NCBI RefSeq assembly: GCF_000181795.1
Contig: NW_003526941.1
Location: 3,188,178-3,252,177, forward strand
Reading direction: 5' to 3'
From: Trichinella spiralis
Lineage: Eukaryota
DNA: 64,000 nt
Notes under the pieces: generated by a model
Database searches by the model: none
The model's input: the letters and a program-made list of their open reading frames with translations, nothing else
What the model was told of the DNA's origin: nothing
Program-made: the position numbers and the translations under genes
Part shown: piece by piece, positions 26,443-40,126 of the stretch
Layout: the number at the start of each line of letters is the position of its first letter
Position numbering within the stretch: position 1 is the first letter of the stretch

Positions 26443-28754
26443 TTATTGTATTTATTTTTCAAAAAAAAGTTTGTTTCAGTAGTCCAATTTTGCAATTTGC
26501 TCCTTTGATAATGTTCGTGTTTTTCTGTGCTATTAAACATACATAAAGCAAGAAAAAAGCTTCTATTAAACTTTCCATTTGTTAATGTCAGTGGAAACAT
26601 CACTTTGCCCTAAAAGCATCAAATTTATTCTTTTGTCTCACGTAATCAACTTGTTGACCAATATTTAAACTTTTGTAAATCATAACAAACTAGGTCTGCT
26701 GTCAATTTAAATCCGGTAATTGCTTCAACAATTTTTAAAGACCATAATCACTAATTTCACCGATTTAAAATTATATAAATTTAAAAAAAATTATAAAAAT
26801 TATTTTTTATGATTAATTATTGTCGAAAAACGAAAAACTGATAATTTGAATTTATAGTTCAAATTCAAATGTATTATATATATATATATATATATACTTG
26901 ATTGTCGAATTATAAAGTACAGTAAACGAAAACCGCCTTCTGTATTGGAAAATGTGGACACGTGGACAGGATTCTGTTTATTCGATTGATCATGAAAATC
27001 TATGGTAAGCCCGTTAAAAGGTGCGTGTTATTATCAATTAAAATTATTTCAATTGCATCATCGACACAGAAAAGTGATGTTCAATGAAAATAATCATTTC
27101 AAGTCTGTTTTCATTTGACGGTCATTTTCAATCGATTTTGTTCAATGTTTTTTCCCGAATGGTTAATTGGTGAAAATTTTATTGTTGAAAATTATCGCTG
27201 ACCGACCGGAATTTCGTGCAATTTAAATATACCCTGTAATGTTGGTGTGTATATAGTTTTTATTTGTGCAATTGTCGAGTAACTTTGCGATTTATTATTT
27301 AGATGTTGCTAATTTGTTTCCGTCGTGTAAAATTGAACCATCGTTGTGCGGAACATTTCGTTATTGATAATCGAAATGTTGTTCCCGTTTGGTAATAATG
27401 ATCAAAGTTTTGAACGAAGTTGTAAGTGAAACATCGCCGTCGTGAATCGTCTGGTCAGTGGAAAAGCACCCCGGAGAGTTGTTTGTTGTACATTTGCCGA
27501 CGTTTGCGGCAGATCGGAAGTGATCAAGCTGTTCAACTTTCTTTGGCTCAGGCTGAATAATTGTCATAGCCGCTTAGCGTTGCTTAATCGAATCGACAAA
27601 TTGTTTCAAAAGTTGTTTTCACTGCAAAAATAACTGCCCAAACCGAAGCGAAAAGACTGTTTTTCAGCAAATCGACGACGGTTCAATTTTTGAAACCAAG
27701 AGATGGAACAAGTTAATTTTTTTTTGCCAAATAATTTCGTCGCTTGTTTTTTGCCAATGAATGACCGACCGACCGACAGATGAAGCAGTCCAGACCACTG
27801 TCGACGGTGCCGGCAATCTTCTTCAATTAAGAACACTTATTTCTGAAAGATGAAAGAAGCTTTATTATTTAATGTAATAACTGCCATCATTCAACAACTG
27901 CCAAGTCGATAGGCCGAATCGATGGCAGTCAGGGCACCACAAGTCGGACACGTTCGTGTTTTATCGACTCTTATACAAGCTGCTGGACCTTAATGGAACT
28001 GGTGAATTAGCGTTGTCGAATGGTGAATTACCACTGGGCAGTGGTCTGTCATTAAATTGTTCCATGTATGGCCATTTGGTTCAACAGCCGAATCTATCTG
28101 AGACTTTTGGTTGGTTCTGATTGGTGGTTATCCTAACGAATGTGATGGAACAACAAAATAATATCGACCATGTGTTTGTTGTCACTTTGAAAATTGCTCA
28201 TTTTTGCATGTTTGTTTTGCAAATTATGAATTTCAACGATTGAAAGAAAAATTCTTTATCAACGCCGAGCACAAGGTAACCGGCTAGATGGGGTTGTTGA
28301 AAAACATCACAACGTCGGTTCCGTGATGACGGATCGATCTCAGGTAGTGTCGAATAGTTTCGCCGTTGGATTCAGCAACCGTGGCTTGTGATTGGTCACA
28401 TTTGTTCTCATTGATTTCGAAGCGTCAATGTTTCCCGTTTGGACAGGAATTTCATTTTGGAAGCAGCTTCAGAATCCACAGCCGCAGCAAACAGGAAAAA
28501 AACAGTGAAAGCAGAAAATCTCATAACACACACACACACATCACGCAGACAGACGACGAGATGATGGAAAGTTGTGTGCGTCAGAATTGGGGCTTCTTCG
28601 CCGTGTGAAGAAAGTGAAGGCAGTGGTGCCTTGGAAAATTGATCGGGTGGATTTTTTTTTACCAGCATACCAGTGTGGTTGGTGGAGGAGGCGGAGGCGG
28701 CAGCGGTTGGCCAGTGCTCGTGCTTGTGCCAATAATGCTTGAGCAGTATCGCCG

Positions 28755-30274
28755 ATGGTAAAGCAACGACAACGACGGTTGTACAAGAGTTGTGTTGGTG
28801 TTTCAGCCTTCATCTTGTTGGCTTTGTTCGGCTTCGGTGCCGGTCCGGTGTCGGCAATTACGCTAGAAGGTTCCGGATCTTCGTACGCCCGTTTCCCAAG
28901 ATGGCACCAAGCTTTCGAAAATGTGCTCAGCGTCGAACTCAGGACCAAAAAGCCCAACGCTTTGCTGATTTACATTGACGACAGTGGATTGGGCAATTTT
29001 TACGAAATTAGCATTTTCGAGGGGAAAATTCGTCTACAATTTCGCCTTGGTGCCAGACAGTTGAAGAACAACGCCACTGCAACTCAGTTGGCATTGAATG
29101 GGACGACGGCGAAACTTTTGCAAATAGAAGACGTGCAAGTGGACGATGGTCAGTGGCATCGGGTGGTACTGTATCACTTTTGGGAAACGGTCAAGCTCCA
29201 AGTGGATCAGAGTGTGGTTTTTTCAAAAGTGCTCGATCAGCAAGATTTTGTCTTTGCCGACTACGAGCAAAGCAGCGACGTGTACGTCGGCGGCTTGCCA
29301 GTTGCCATGCAAGCGTCGAGTTTGTCGTTTCCATTCGCCAAAGCACTGCCCAGATTCGAAGGTTCAATAAGGAACTTGATCTACAGAACAGTGCCGCATG
29401 GCATCACCGCCCCTTCTATACTACAAGCCGACGGCATACGTGAAAGTGACAACGATTACTGTACAACGACGACAACGTCTTATTGTTCGGGACATGGCAT
29501 TTGTTACAGTTCGGATACTGGACCAATGTGCAACTGCAATCTCGGTCGTTACGGTGACACTTGTTTGTCAGGTAATAAGCATTTTAATTTTTGATTTATT
29601 TAAAAATTTTAATCCACCTCTCTCTCGCCTTTTTCCATCATCTATAATTTGCCCATTAATAATTATTCTCGTTTGAAAATATTCTGCTCATTTTCCGCGG
29701 CTGCATTGTGTAATTTGTCAGAACGTGCAATTTGATGTCGACAATTTTTACTATTTTTTTTCATTTCTCTCTATTCACGTCCGTAATTAGTTATTGTATT
29801 GATGAAATTTAGTTTTAATTGTAATTGTGTGGTTTTATCAAATATTGAAAATTTTTTAATTGGCATAATATCTATTCTATTGAACATCTTCTCAACAGCA
29901 GCTTTTTCAATCTGTGCTAGTCCATGTTTGGAAGTTTTTATTATCTTGATATATTTACACATATGCAAATTAGTAATAGTGACTTTTGGCTGAAATTTCC
30001 ACTAGAAGTTCAATTTATTTCAGTCTTATCTTTATTAGGATTGTTTCGTTCCTTTTCTTTGCTTATCTTTCGCGGAAGGGGATTTTGTAAAAATTCGCAC
30101 GACGCTTCTTCAATAAAACACTAGCAGCAGTTAGTTAATCTTTACTAATACTGGCAGATTAGAACAGTGGAGAGGAAGGCTTTTCTTTTTCTTCTCTCTA
30201 CTCACTCATTCTTTTTCCACACTGTGCATGTGATGGTCTATTACACCGCATACCAAATATGAATGTATATATTA

Positions 30275-30337
<63 letters not shown>

Positions 30338-33300
30338 GCAACATTATTGACTCGTTGACCACTGCTCACTTTTTCACTGCAAAAATGGTCAAGATTTGAG
30401 TAGCTTGTGGGTGGTAGCTATTCTTTCAACCTTCTACTGTTGTTGTTGTCGGCTTGTGTGTAATTTAGTCGTTTTGTTTGTTGCGATGCTTCTTCTAAAA
30501 ATAGATAATTTTCTGTTGTCATCGCGTGGTTGAATGATGCAGATTTGTGCTATTGTTTTGCGAATCGTTAAATATTTGTGAATGCTTGATGCTATTTTTG
30601 TTTGTCAAACCAATCGAATTGGTTTGCTTAATTTCCTTTTCAAGCGTTTTCACCAATTCTTTTCATCTCCAAAGCAGCACATTTAAGCTCTTTAACGATT
30701 TTTTTATGATTCTACTATTAATATTCGAACAATAATAATAATAATAATAATAATAGTAAAGAATTATTAATTGAACTGTTCAAGTGAAAATAATTTTTGA
30801 ATAATAAAAACTGGTACACCAGACTGATGTTTGAGATGTAAAACGTATGAGATGTATAAGCGTATGCGTAAGCGTGTTGAATTGATGAGAAAAGATTTGG
30901 AACATCCTCTTGTTGAGTAAAGTAGCATGCAGCAGCGGCGGCAGCTAATGTTGTTCGTTCGATGGGTTGAATTTTCACTTTTGCTTGTTGATTAATGCTG
31001 ACGTTCGACGATTGGCAACGTTCAGTGTTGTTCAATTCAACTGTCATTCATGTCAGATCTGTTCCGCTTGGAGCATGCAAATTTGTTTAATTTGTAAACC
31101 GCTCATTGGGCTGACTGATTGGTTGACCAAGTTGACTGGCCGACCGTTTTTCATTTTTCCACAATGCTCGATTTTGTTGACCCCACCCAATATGGCCTGC
31201 GGTCGGTTGGTTGTGTCGATCAACAGCAGCAGCATTCAATCGGGCTAGTTAAGCTGATTATGTATATATATATATATATATATATAATATAACTAATAAT
31301 ATTTATCAATGCTCAAATTGACACAATTTTACTGAAACTCTACGATGATGATGATGATTGAATGAAAGCGACTCGTTTGCATCAACGATTAATTAATATC
31401 CAATCTTTTCCAAGCTTATTCTTTCATTGTTTGATCGTTTTATTCATTGTAAAACACAAACTAACTGACTAATTAATTAATAAATATGGTTTTATAACAA
31501 ATCAATAAAAATGCGAAATTTCAATTGATTTGTAATAATTATCACGTGATTTTGGTTTTGTTTTTCGTGTAGAGAAAAAAACACTCGAAGTGATGTTATT
31601 TGCCGGTCAGTTGTTTGGCTTTGATCGGTGGAGTATTAAAAATGGTATATTGTCGAGAAGTGAACAAGTTAGATTGCAATTCAAAACGAGAAGGCAGTCG
31701 GGTTTGTTATTTTTGTACGGAAATGATATGGTAAATGCTCATTTCAAATGGAAAAAGTGAAAAAAAATATAAATTTAAATTATATTCATTTGTTTTGTTT
31801 TAATGTAGGAATTTGTACGAATTGCACTTCAAAATGGAGCCGTGTCGGCGGTGAGCAAGCTGCAGCAGACGGTCCAAGACGCTCGTGTGGTTCCGTTCAA
31901 GTCGAGCTTTTCGGACCAGAAGCTCGGCTTCGGCGACGGCCAATGGCATAGTCTCACTTTCAGCCGCAAGCTCAATCAGGTTGGCGTGGAGAGAAAAATT
32001 TGCATACGATTTCTATACTCAAAGAGCACAGTGCACACGTTGATTTTATTTGTTCTGTTTGTCTGTCTTGTTCTTCTTGTTTGTTCGTTCGTTTGTTTGT
32101 CTGTTTTAAACTTTAAATTTTTTAATGAATTACTTTTCCAACGAGTGCAAGAAAGAAAGAGAAAGAAAATATTTGCGGATCAATTATTTTTCACGTTGTT
32201 AACTTTTTATAGTTCAACCCTGATTCGATGACGGCGACTGTAAGTACGGTACATAGGTATTATACATTTGGCTTTTTTGGCATGCGTTCGGCTTTTGATA
32301 TGCTTTATGTGTGTGTTTGTGTGTGTACTCATCTGCTGTACTGTATAACAAATTGGTCAGTTCAATTTAGCAGCAGCCAAAAAAAAAGTAAACAACGAAA
32401 CGCGCACATTTTAATTTCACTTGCTAAGCATGGATCATTTCGATTTGCACAGTGCTAGAGAAAGCTTTTACTTCGGCACTGCTTGATTTTTTTGCTTCTT
32501 CTTCGCTCTATTTTTCATCTTGCTTTGTTGAAAATTGATGATTATTATTTTTCTTGAAAAAAAATGACGTGCTATTTACATTAATATCCATTTGCATAAT
32601 TTGCATATTCGCTTCCACAACACGAACAGGAAAAGGAGAATTTTTGTTTGTAAAATAATTATTCTGCTTCTTCTACTTTTATTGTGCTTCTTTTTTCCAA
32701 TCAAACGTTGCACTTGGATCAATTGCAATGGCAAAGTTGAAAGTGCACATTTTATTTATTTCAGCCAAAGCTGTCGGGCATGCGATGAAAACGGTAGTGC
32801 TTAGAGCAGTCGATGATTTGCGTTTTTTTTGTTTCTCAGAAACATTAATGCTGCAATATAAATGAGAAATTATTATTTTTTAATATTCAAATTTTTTTAC
32901 ATAGTATTTTATATCAGGTTTTTTTTCTTTTATTTTCTGCAGGTGAAATTGAGCGTCGACGATGTGTTCTCCAGCGTGAGGGATGTAGTGGAGCAGAGCA
33001 TGTTTTACACCAATTTCGTTTACGTCGGCGGTGTGATGCAATCGTTGTCGAACGAGACCAATTCCTTGTGGACAAATTTCAGCGGTTGTCTCAGAAATGT
33101 ATTTTGAAATTTTATTTATTTCAAAGCACATACAAACAATTTGTTTGTCTGTTTGAAGGTACATTTTATTGCTGACCAAAGGCGCATAGATTTGTTGGAA
33201 GAGTTGAACAAACAGTCGGGTCTGGTGCAGACGGTTGTGGGCAATGTGACCAGGGAGTGTCGGCAGTCGTTTTCGGTCGAAGCGGTCACTTTTGTCAATT

Positions 33301-36300
33301 GGCACAGCAGCTTGGCTTTGACCAATCGCTGGACGGGCGGCAACGACGGTCAACTGGTGGCTTTCAAATTCCGCACCAACGAACCGTACGGTCTGCTGCT
33401 CCACTGCGGGCCGGCCGAGCCGCATCTCTCGGACTTGTTGGCCGTGGAAATTTTCGCCGGCCACTTGTACTTTGTGATCGACCTCGGCAGCGGCACGTCG
33501 CGCTTGCAGGCCAGCGGTCGGCTGGTAGCCGACGGTCACTGGCACTCGGTCAACATGACCAGACGTTGGCGAAGTGGGCAAATTTACGTCGACAACTGGC
33601 GCGTCGACTTCTCCACACCCGGCAAGGAGAAAATGCTCGACACGGCGGATGTGGTTCAATTTGGCTATTCAGTCGCCGAAGCGCGCAATTTGCCGCCGTC
33701 GGTTTGGACCGCCACTTTGGGGCGTGGCTTCGTCGGCTGTTTGAAAGACGTCATCCTGGACGGCGTGTCGTTGGATTTGATCGGCCTGTTGCCCCACCAG
33801 CGTCAACGGGACGTGGTCGTCGGCTGCTACGACATGCTGCCGCAGTGTACGGAAGTGAGCTGCAAAAATGGCGGCCGTTGTATCGAAGGGTGGAATCGTT
33901 ATTACTGCGACTGCAGTGCTGTATTTTACTCCGGCGATCGTTGTGAGCAAGGTTGTTTGTTGTTCTCGTCTGTTTGTTTCTTTATTTTTACCTGTTGTTC
34001 ATCCTGTGTATAGAGATGTTCGTTGCCAATTTGGAAAGCAATTCTCAAATTGTGGTCAATTTTTTCAATCCACTACGCACCCAAGTGGAAGATGTTCGCC
34101 TGAAATTCCGATCGAAAAAAGTCAACGGCTTGTTGATGCTGGCTGTCGATTTGCGCAGGAAAATTTGCTTCGGCTTGCAGCTAGTCAACAGGCGGTTGGA
34201 ATTTTTTCTCTCGTCGTCCACTTTTTTTCAGGTTTCATTCTCCATTTCCCATTTTTGAAACTTCTCATCATCGCATGCAAATTTGTTCAGAATGTCCACT
34301 GGGATGTGAAATTGCGCGAAAATTATTGGCACTCGGTCGCTCTATTTCGTACTGGTCAACGGTTGGAACTTGTGCTTGACGGTGATCGATTAGCAGAAAA
34401 AGGTGATTGATTGATACCAGTAAACAAAAAATTCCACATGAGAAGGTAATTTGCTTGTTTTTTCTGAAGAAATATTATCCTTCGTCCAGCCGTTCCAATT
34501 GCAATACGATCGTCTGTACGTTGGTTCTGCCGAGGTTGATGCGGTTGCTGACCAGAGGGAGAAGATGTTTTACAACGAAAATGACCACCATTTCCACGGT
34601 GAAATGGCCGATTTCCAATTCAACGGCTTGCAAGTGTTGACGTTGGCTTGGCATGGTCAAATTGGACATTCGGGCGGTTCAGGTGCTGGTTCAGGGCTGT
34701 GGGCCGTTGGCGACGTTCGCAGTACCAACGTATTGTACAGTGCCGAGAGGGATTTTGTCGTCTCTTTCCAAGCGGACAGTTTTGCCAAAGTGTCGTTGGA
34801 AAAGCCGACAACAGTGACATTGGACAAGTTGGAGGTGAGCTTCACGTTTCGCACGACCGAAAAGAACGGCGTGCTACTCTACCGGCAAGGGGATTCGAGG
34901 AATTTTTTGCTCGTCGAATTGTTCAACGGTCGACTGATCTGTCGGTTCAATTCCACCGACTACAAGCACGCGCTGCAGTCCAACCACCCGTTGCCGTTGA
35001 ACGACCACAACTGGCACCACGTCGCATTTTACGATTCTGCACAGCACACAGGTGAGATTCGGCTCGTCGTCGACAATTATACGAGCAACTGGTCGTCGGA
35101 CAGTGTCCGGCCGAGGCCGGTGCGTTACAACGCCAGTCTGGTGATCGGATATCCCGGAGTTGAAGTTGCCGACCGTCTGGTCGACGTGTTGCCAAGCGGA
35201 CGCGGCTTCCAAGGTTGTATGGTGAATTTGAAAATTGACGGCTCGCCGGTGCGTCTGCTTCAAGACAGCGAAATGCAAGCCAACTTGCGTCGAGGATGTA
35301 CAAGTGAGTTGTTGTTGTTGGAAATTTTCCATTTTCGCGCCACTTGGAATTCACGCTGCAAGAGAAAAAAAAAATTCATCCCAACTTTTCAGAGATGTGT
35401 CCACGGGAACTTTGCATTGGCAAGGATGGATGTCCGTTGGAAAAGGTGCCGGCCGATTGTGACTGCCTGCTGACGGAAATCAGCGATCTGTACTGTTTGA
35501 ATCGTGAGCATCTTTGTTTTTTCCTTCTATTCTATTCTATTCTATTCGCCTGTGTTCAATTTGCATCTCTTTTCGAAGAAAGCGTAGCGTATCGTTTCGG
35601 TCCTCGCCCCGGCACTGTGCTGTTTCGTCTCGACGAGAACAGTCACGTTGGACCCGTACCGGACCGCGTTCTGATGGGCATTGTCACTTATCAAGCCGAT
35701 GCGGTTGTCATGCAAATGGTCACTTTGCCGGACAGCAGGCAAACGTTTGAACTGTTGATTGTAATTTGCAAACTTGTTCCACTTTTGTTTGAAAAAAAAG
35801 CTCCTCATCATTTAGGAAAATGGATATTTTGCCGTGAAATTTAGAGATCAATACGGCGAAAGTGTGCTAAGTGAAAAGTCGATTCAGCTCAACGACGGCC
35901 AGTATCATTTTGTTCAATTCAATCGATCCAGATTGGATCTCACTTTGCAGATTGATCAACAAGAGCGTGTTGTGACAAAGATGAAAGGTATGTGTGTGTG
36001 GGTGTGGGTGGAGAGCATGATAAAATTGCAAATTTGCATTCGACGCAGAAAATCTGTCCATCATCTCCCACAGGTCAAGCTAGCACCACCACTGCCAGTT
36101 GGATGAAGCATACGGATCGGTGGATCGCTTTGGGTGGCCGTTTCGACGGCCAAGTACAGACGAAACGTCGCCAGTTTCGACGCGGCAGCAGTTTACCGTT
36201 CAATGATGCATTTTATGGCATTCTCAGTTCGGTGCTTGTCAATGATTATCGTCTGCTGGAGTTGGCTTCTGCCGGAGATGAACGGGTGATTCTTGTCGGT

Positions 36301-37503
36301 GACGTTCGACGGCATCACTACTTCAACCACAACGAATCACAGTTGAATCATCTTGAACACCAACAATTGGAAACGACAATGCCAAACGAAGAAACCACCA
36401 CTACTGCTGCCACTGTTCGTGAAGATATTTTTGACAGCATCAATGACGATGTTGATGATTTGGAAAAAATTACCTCTGAAAATGAAGAAGCACTGGACAA
36501 CTTGCAAACTTTAATGGCCACGGTATATATATATATATATATATATATAGTGTTGTATGGTGAATGAAGATCATTGGAAAACATGCTTCTTTTTTAAGGA
36601 TCCTGTTCAGTGGAGCAGTGCGGCAGCGGCGGCGGCGGCAGCAGCAGCAGCCTCAGCAACAGCAACGACAACAACAACAACAACAAGTATAGATGAGTTG
36701 CTTCTTTCCGGTGAAGGGGATGGTCAACAGTTAGCAAGTTGTTCTCAGTTGCTTGACGACGAAGACTGCAGTGCGGAACAAAATGGTCAGTCAGTGAAAG
36801 CGAAACAGTATCATACAATTTAATAAAATGACATACAGTAGTAGTAACTGGCATCGTGATTTTGCAATTTTGGTTACTGTTTTTTCTCGCATTGAATTAC
36901 ATACAATTAATTTTTCATATTAATTTAGAATTAATAACGCCAGTTTTTCGATTCGACGAACCCGATGAAACTGAACCATCATCGCAGAGCAGCAGCGGCA
37001 GCAGTACTAGCCAACGACAGCAACAGCAAACTGTCACCGAGCCAAATCACCAGAAGACGACGATCGACGTTTCAGGATCTGCGAATCCAACGATTGAAAG
37101 TGCCACTTTCAAATCTGTGACCGGCAGGATATCCACCGAAGTCACAACGACAGTCAAGCCGAACGACACGCTTAACAACAAAGGCTTTCCAAGAACAAGC
37201 GTCATAGCCGGTGTATCTGTAGGACTGGTGGTCGTGTTGACGTTGATTCTATTTTACGTGTTCAAATGTCGCCAAGAGCCTCAAACTGCCATTGTTGCCG
37301 ATTACACCAGCATTAACAACAACGACCACAACACTGACGATAAGAGCAACAACATTTCTTTCGACAAGAATAAGCACCAGTGCAACAACAACAACAACAA
37401 CAAGTTGAATGAATGCTTTGCCCAGAGTATGGCGGTGATGATACCTCGTTATGCTAGCTTTTTTCCTAGTCAAAGCAAATCTGTCAAAGAGTGGTACGTC
37501 TGA
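28755..37503 (+). CDS. nrx-1: Alpha-neurexin: signal peptide, six LNS and three EGF domains, stalk, transmembrane helix, PDZ-binding tail
   Basis: Repeated LNS motifs (FRT, DGxWH, F.GC); EGFs CSGHGIC and CKNGGRCIEGWNRYYCDC; Cys-loop C..DDEDC; TM VIAGVSVGLVVVLTLILFYVF; C-terminal KEWYV. Confidence 0.95.
30280..30334. repeat. (TA)n microsatellite in neurexin intron 1
   Basis: About 27 perfect TA units. Confidence 0.95.
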
Positions 37504-37810
37504 AGTTGAACGATTTCACTATACTGAATCAAATTTGCACTTGTTTGTTTAATTACTTGCTACTCTCAATCTATTTTCTCTCCATTCATACTCACATACA
37601 CACACATGTGAATGAAATTTGTGTATTTTTGCATTTCCAAACGTTTATTTCTCGTTTTCCATTTCAGATTATACATTTAAAGAACTGAAAGAATAATGAA
37701 TATTTTTCTTGGAAAAAATATCTATCTATCATTGAAAGAAGAAAGTATTGTTTTCATAATAATAATAATAATAATAATCAATCGCACACTGCATGTTGTG
37801 CTTCGCCGCT

Positions 37811-40021
37811 TCAACGAATGCGTACCACGCCTGCTTCGATCAGTTTGTTAATCTTTCCGGCAATTTCAGGATTCTTTAAATGCCTGAAAATTATAATTAC
37901 GTGAAAAAGTATTTCAATTTCGTTAAAAAACAGTATTATCACTCTCTCAAAGCCTGGGGGTTGTGGGACATTTGTTCCAAAATATGAACCATCGCAGGAT
38001 CGGCCAAAATTTCTCGAATTTCAGGATCTTCCAGTGCTTTTTTTCGAGCTTCGTCGGGACTCTGATCACAAGCGGATGCAGCTTCGCGCATTCCATTCAT
38101 CGCTTCCTGAAATTCGTCATTGTTCAAATCAGTTACCACAATTTGCAGGGAAAACAATAACAATACCTGATTATTAGGATCAATTTTCAGTGCTTCTTCA
38201 AAAGCTTTCATCGCTCGAATAGGCTCTTTCAGCGCCATCAGTGCCGCTCCTTTTCGTATATACGCCTTGATAAATGTCGGATCTAGCTTGATGCATTTCT
38301 CGCAGTCACTGACAGCCATCTGAAATTCCATGAGTTTTGTATAGCACGCTGCCCTGTTGCTGTACAACTTTCCATCTTCTGGATTACGCTTGATCGCTTC
38401 TGTGTAATGTTTCACTGCCTCCGGATATTTTCCTAAATGCTGCGATATGTTAAACTCTGAAGCGAATCAAAAGGCTGAAATTGCTGACTTACCTTCCTTG
38501 AAAAATTGATTCCCCTTTTCTTTTTCTTCAAGAGACAACTGAGGATTGTAATACGCTCGCTTTTCATCTTCAGCTAGCTGTTTCGCAATCGCTTGGCGCT
38601 TCTTAACGACAGTCGGTTCACGATGCTCAGAAAGAGACTTGTCGTAAAAATTCAGCGCACTTTTCAAATCACCCAGTTTTACATATGCATTTCCAATTCT
38701 GGCCAGCGCTCTAAAAAAGTCTTCCAAATTTAAACCCACAAATACAAGCACAACTCCCCATTTCACTTTTATGCTTACTTGCCAATCAAACTGTAATCAG
38801 CTCGATTCTCTCGACCAATGTCAACCGCTTTCGTGCAAAATTCAATGCATTTTTCGTAATTCCCCTCTTCAAAATATACCGCTGAAAAAAATACATACGA
38901 ATTTCAAAAATATTTCGAAAACAGTAATTCACAAGTTGCCATACCAGCTTTATTATTTAACAACGTTATGTTATTTGGATCCAATTCAATAGCTTTGTCG
39001 TAATGCTCATGAGCTGCTTCAAAATTACGCTGCTTGTAGAAGGCATTTCCCAAGTTTTTTTCTTCCATCGCCTAAAATGTACACTTTCAACAAAAATTCT
39101 ATCAATAAACCTATTCAAAATCGACCTTATCCTGGGCAGGTGTCGTTTCTTTAGGAGGTGGTGATGGTTCTTTCGGAGAAGATGACTCTTTTTTCAAATT
39201 CCCACTATAGTCTGTGTCCATTTGAGTCAACTTGTCCATCAATATTTCACGTAGCCGGTCCAGTGGAATATCATCTCTCCTGTTGATAAAAAACAATTTC
39301 GATAAATCATAGTTTAAAAATGGCAATTTACAGCACAACTAAATTTTACTCACTTGACATCAGCTTTTGGATACAGTTCTTCCAATCGTTTTCTAGCTGC
39401 ATCATCCAAAAAAATTTGAAAAAGATCCCCTAAAATTATAAATAAACATCTTTAATCAATTTGAAAAATAATACAAATAATACCTGCTGAATTTTCCAAT
39501 TCTGCTTTATAGCTTTCACGTAACTGGATATTGGCAGGGTCGTAATGCAAGCCAGTCGACAATGTATAAATTGCATCAACTCCTTTTCCTAACAATGATA
39601 AAGCAGCCGCTTTACGAGAATAACCCTGAAATAAATTAAATCAATGTCAAAAACTTACAGTAATAATAAAAGTTTATCCATATTATGAAAAATATGCATA
39701 TATTAATGCAGTGTACAATTCCAAGACAGATAAAATACAAAACCAAATAACCTTAGCCCAATCTGGCTTAAGTTCAATCGTCTTTTCTGCATCCGCTAAC
39801 GCTTCGTTGTAGTTTTTATTTTTGGCATGAGCTGCAGATCGATTACTGTACAATATGTAATTATTTGGATCTAGTTGAATCGCTTTCGTATAAAGATCAA
39901 TGGCTTCGGCATAGTTTTCTTGGGATAGCGCTATGTTTCCGGCGTCTTTCAGTGCCGCAGAATCCTACAAGAACAAAAAGCACTTGTAAGACAATCATGC
40001 TATAATAAACAAACATACCAT
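37811..40021 (-). CDS. STIP1: Stress-induced phosphoprotein 1 (STI1/HOP), Hsp70-Hsp90 organising co-chaperone
   Basis: TPR1 ([30 protein letters not shown]), TPR2A ([19 protein letters not shown]), TPR2B ([20 protein letters not shown]) and DP2 ([13 protein letters not shown]). The first coding exon is the ATG alone (40019-40021). Confidence 0.95.
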
Positions 40022-40081
40022 ATTATCGACGTAATGAAATGTGCTACGGAACACTGAACACAGTCAAAAACAAAATGTTGA

Positions 40082-40126
40082 GAAATTTCTGACAAAGAAA
40101 GCAATTCACAAATTTCTAGAGAATGC
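40082..40126. promoter_or_regulatory. Possible partial heat-shock elements upstream of STI1
   Basis: GAAatTTC at 40082-40089 and TTCtaGAG nearby, 60-100 nt upstream of the STI1 ATG; only two-unit, imperfect matches. Confidence 0.25.

Noticed and set aside
32880..35354. Long antisense and off-frame ORFs (259, 229, 152, 135 aa)
   Set aside because: Shadows of GC-rich neurexin LNS exons with no independent motifs
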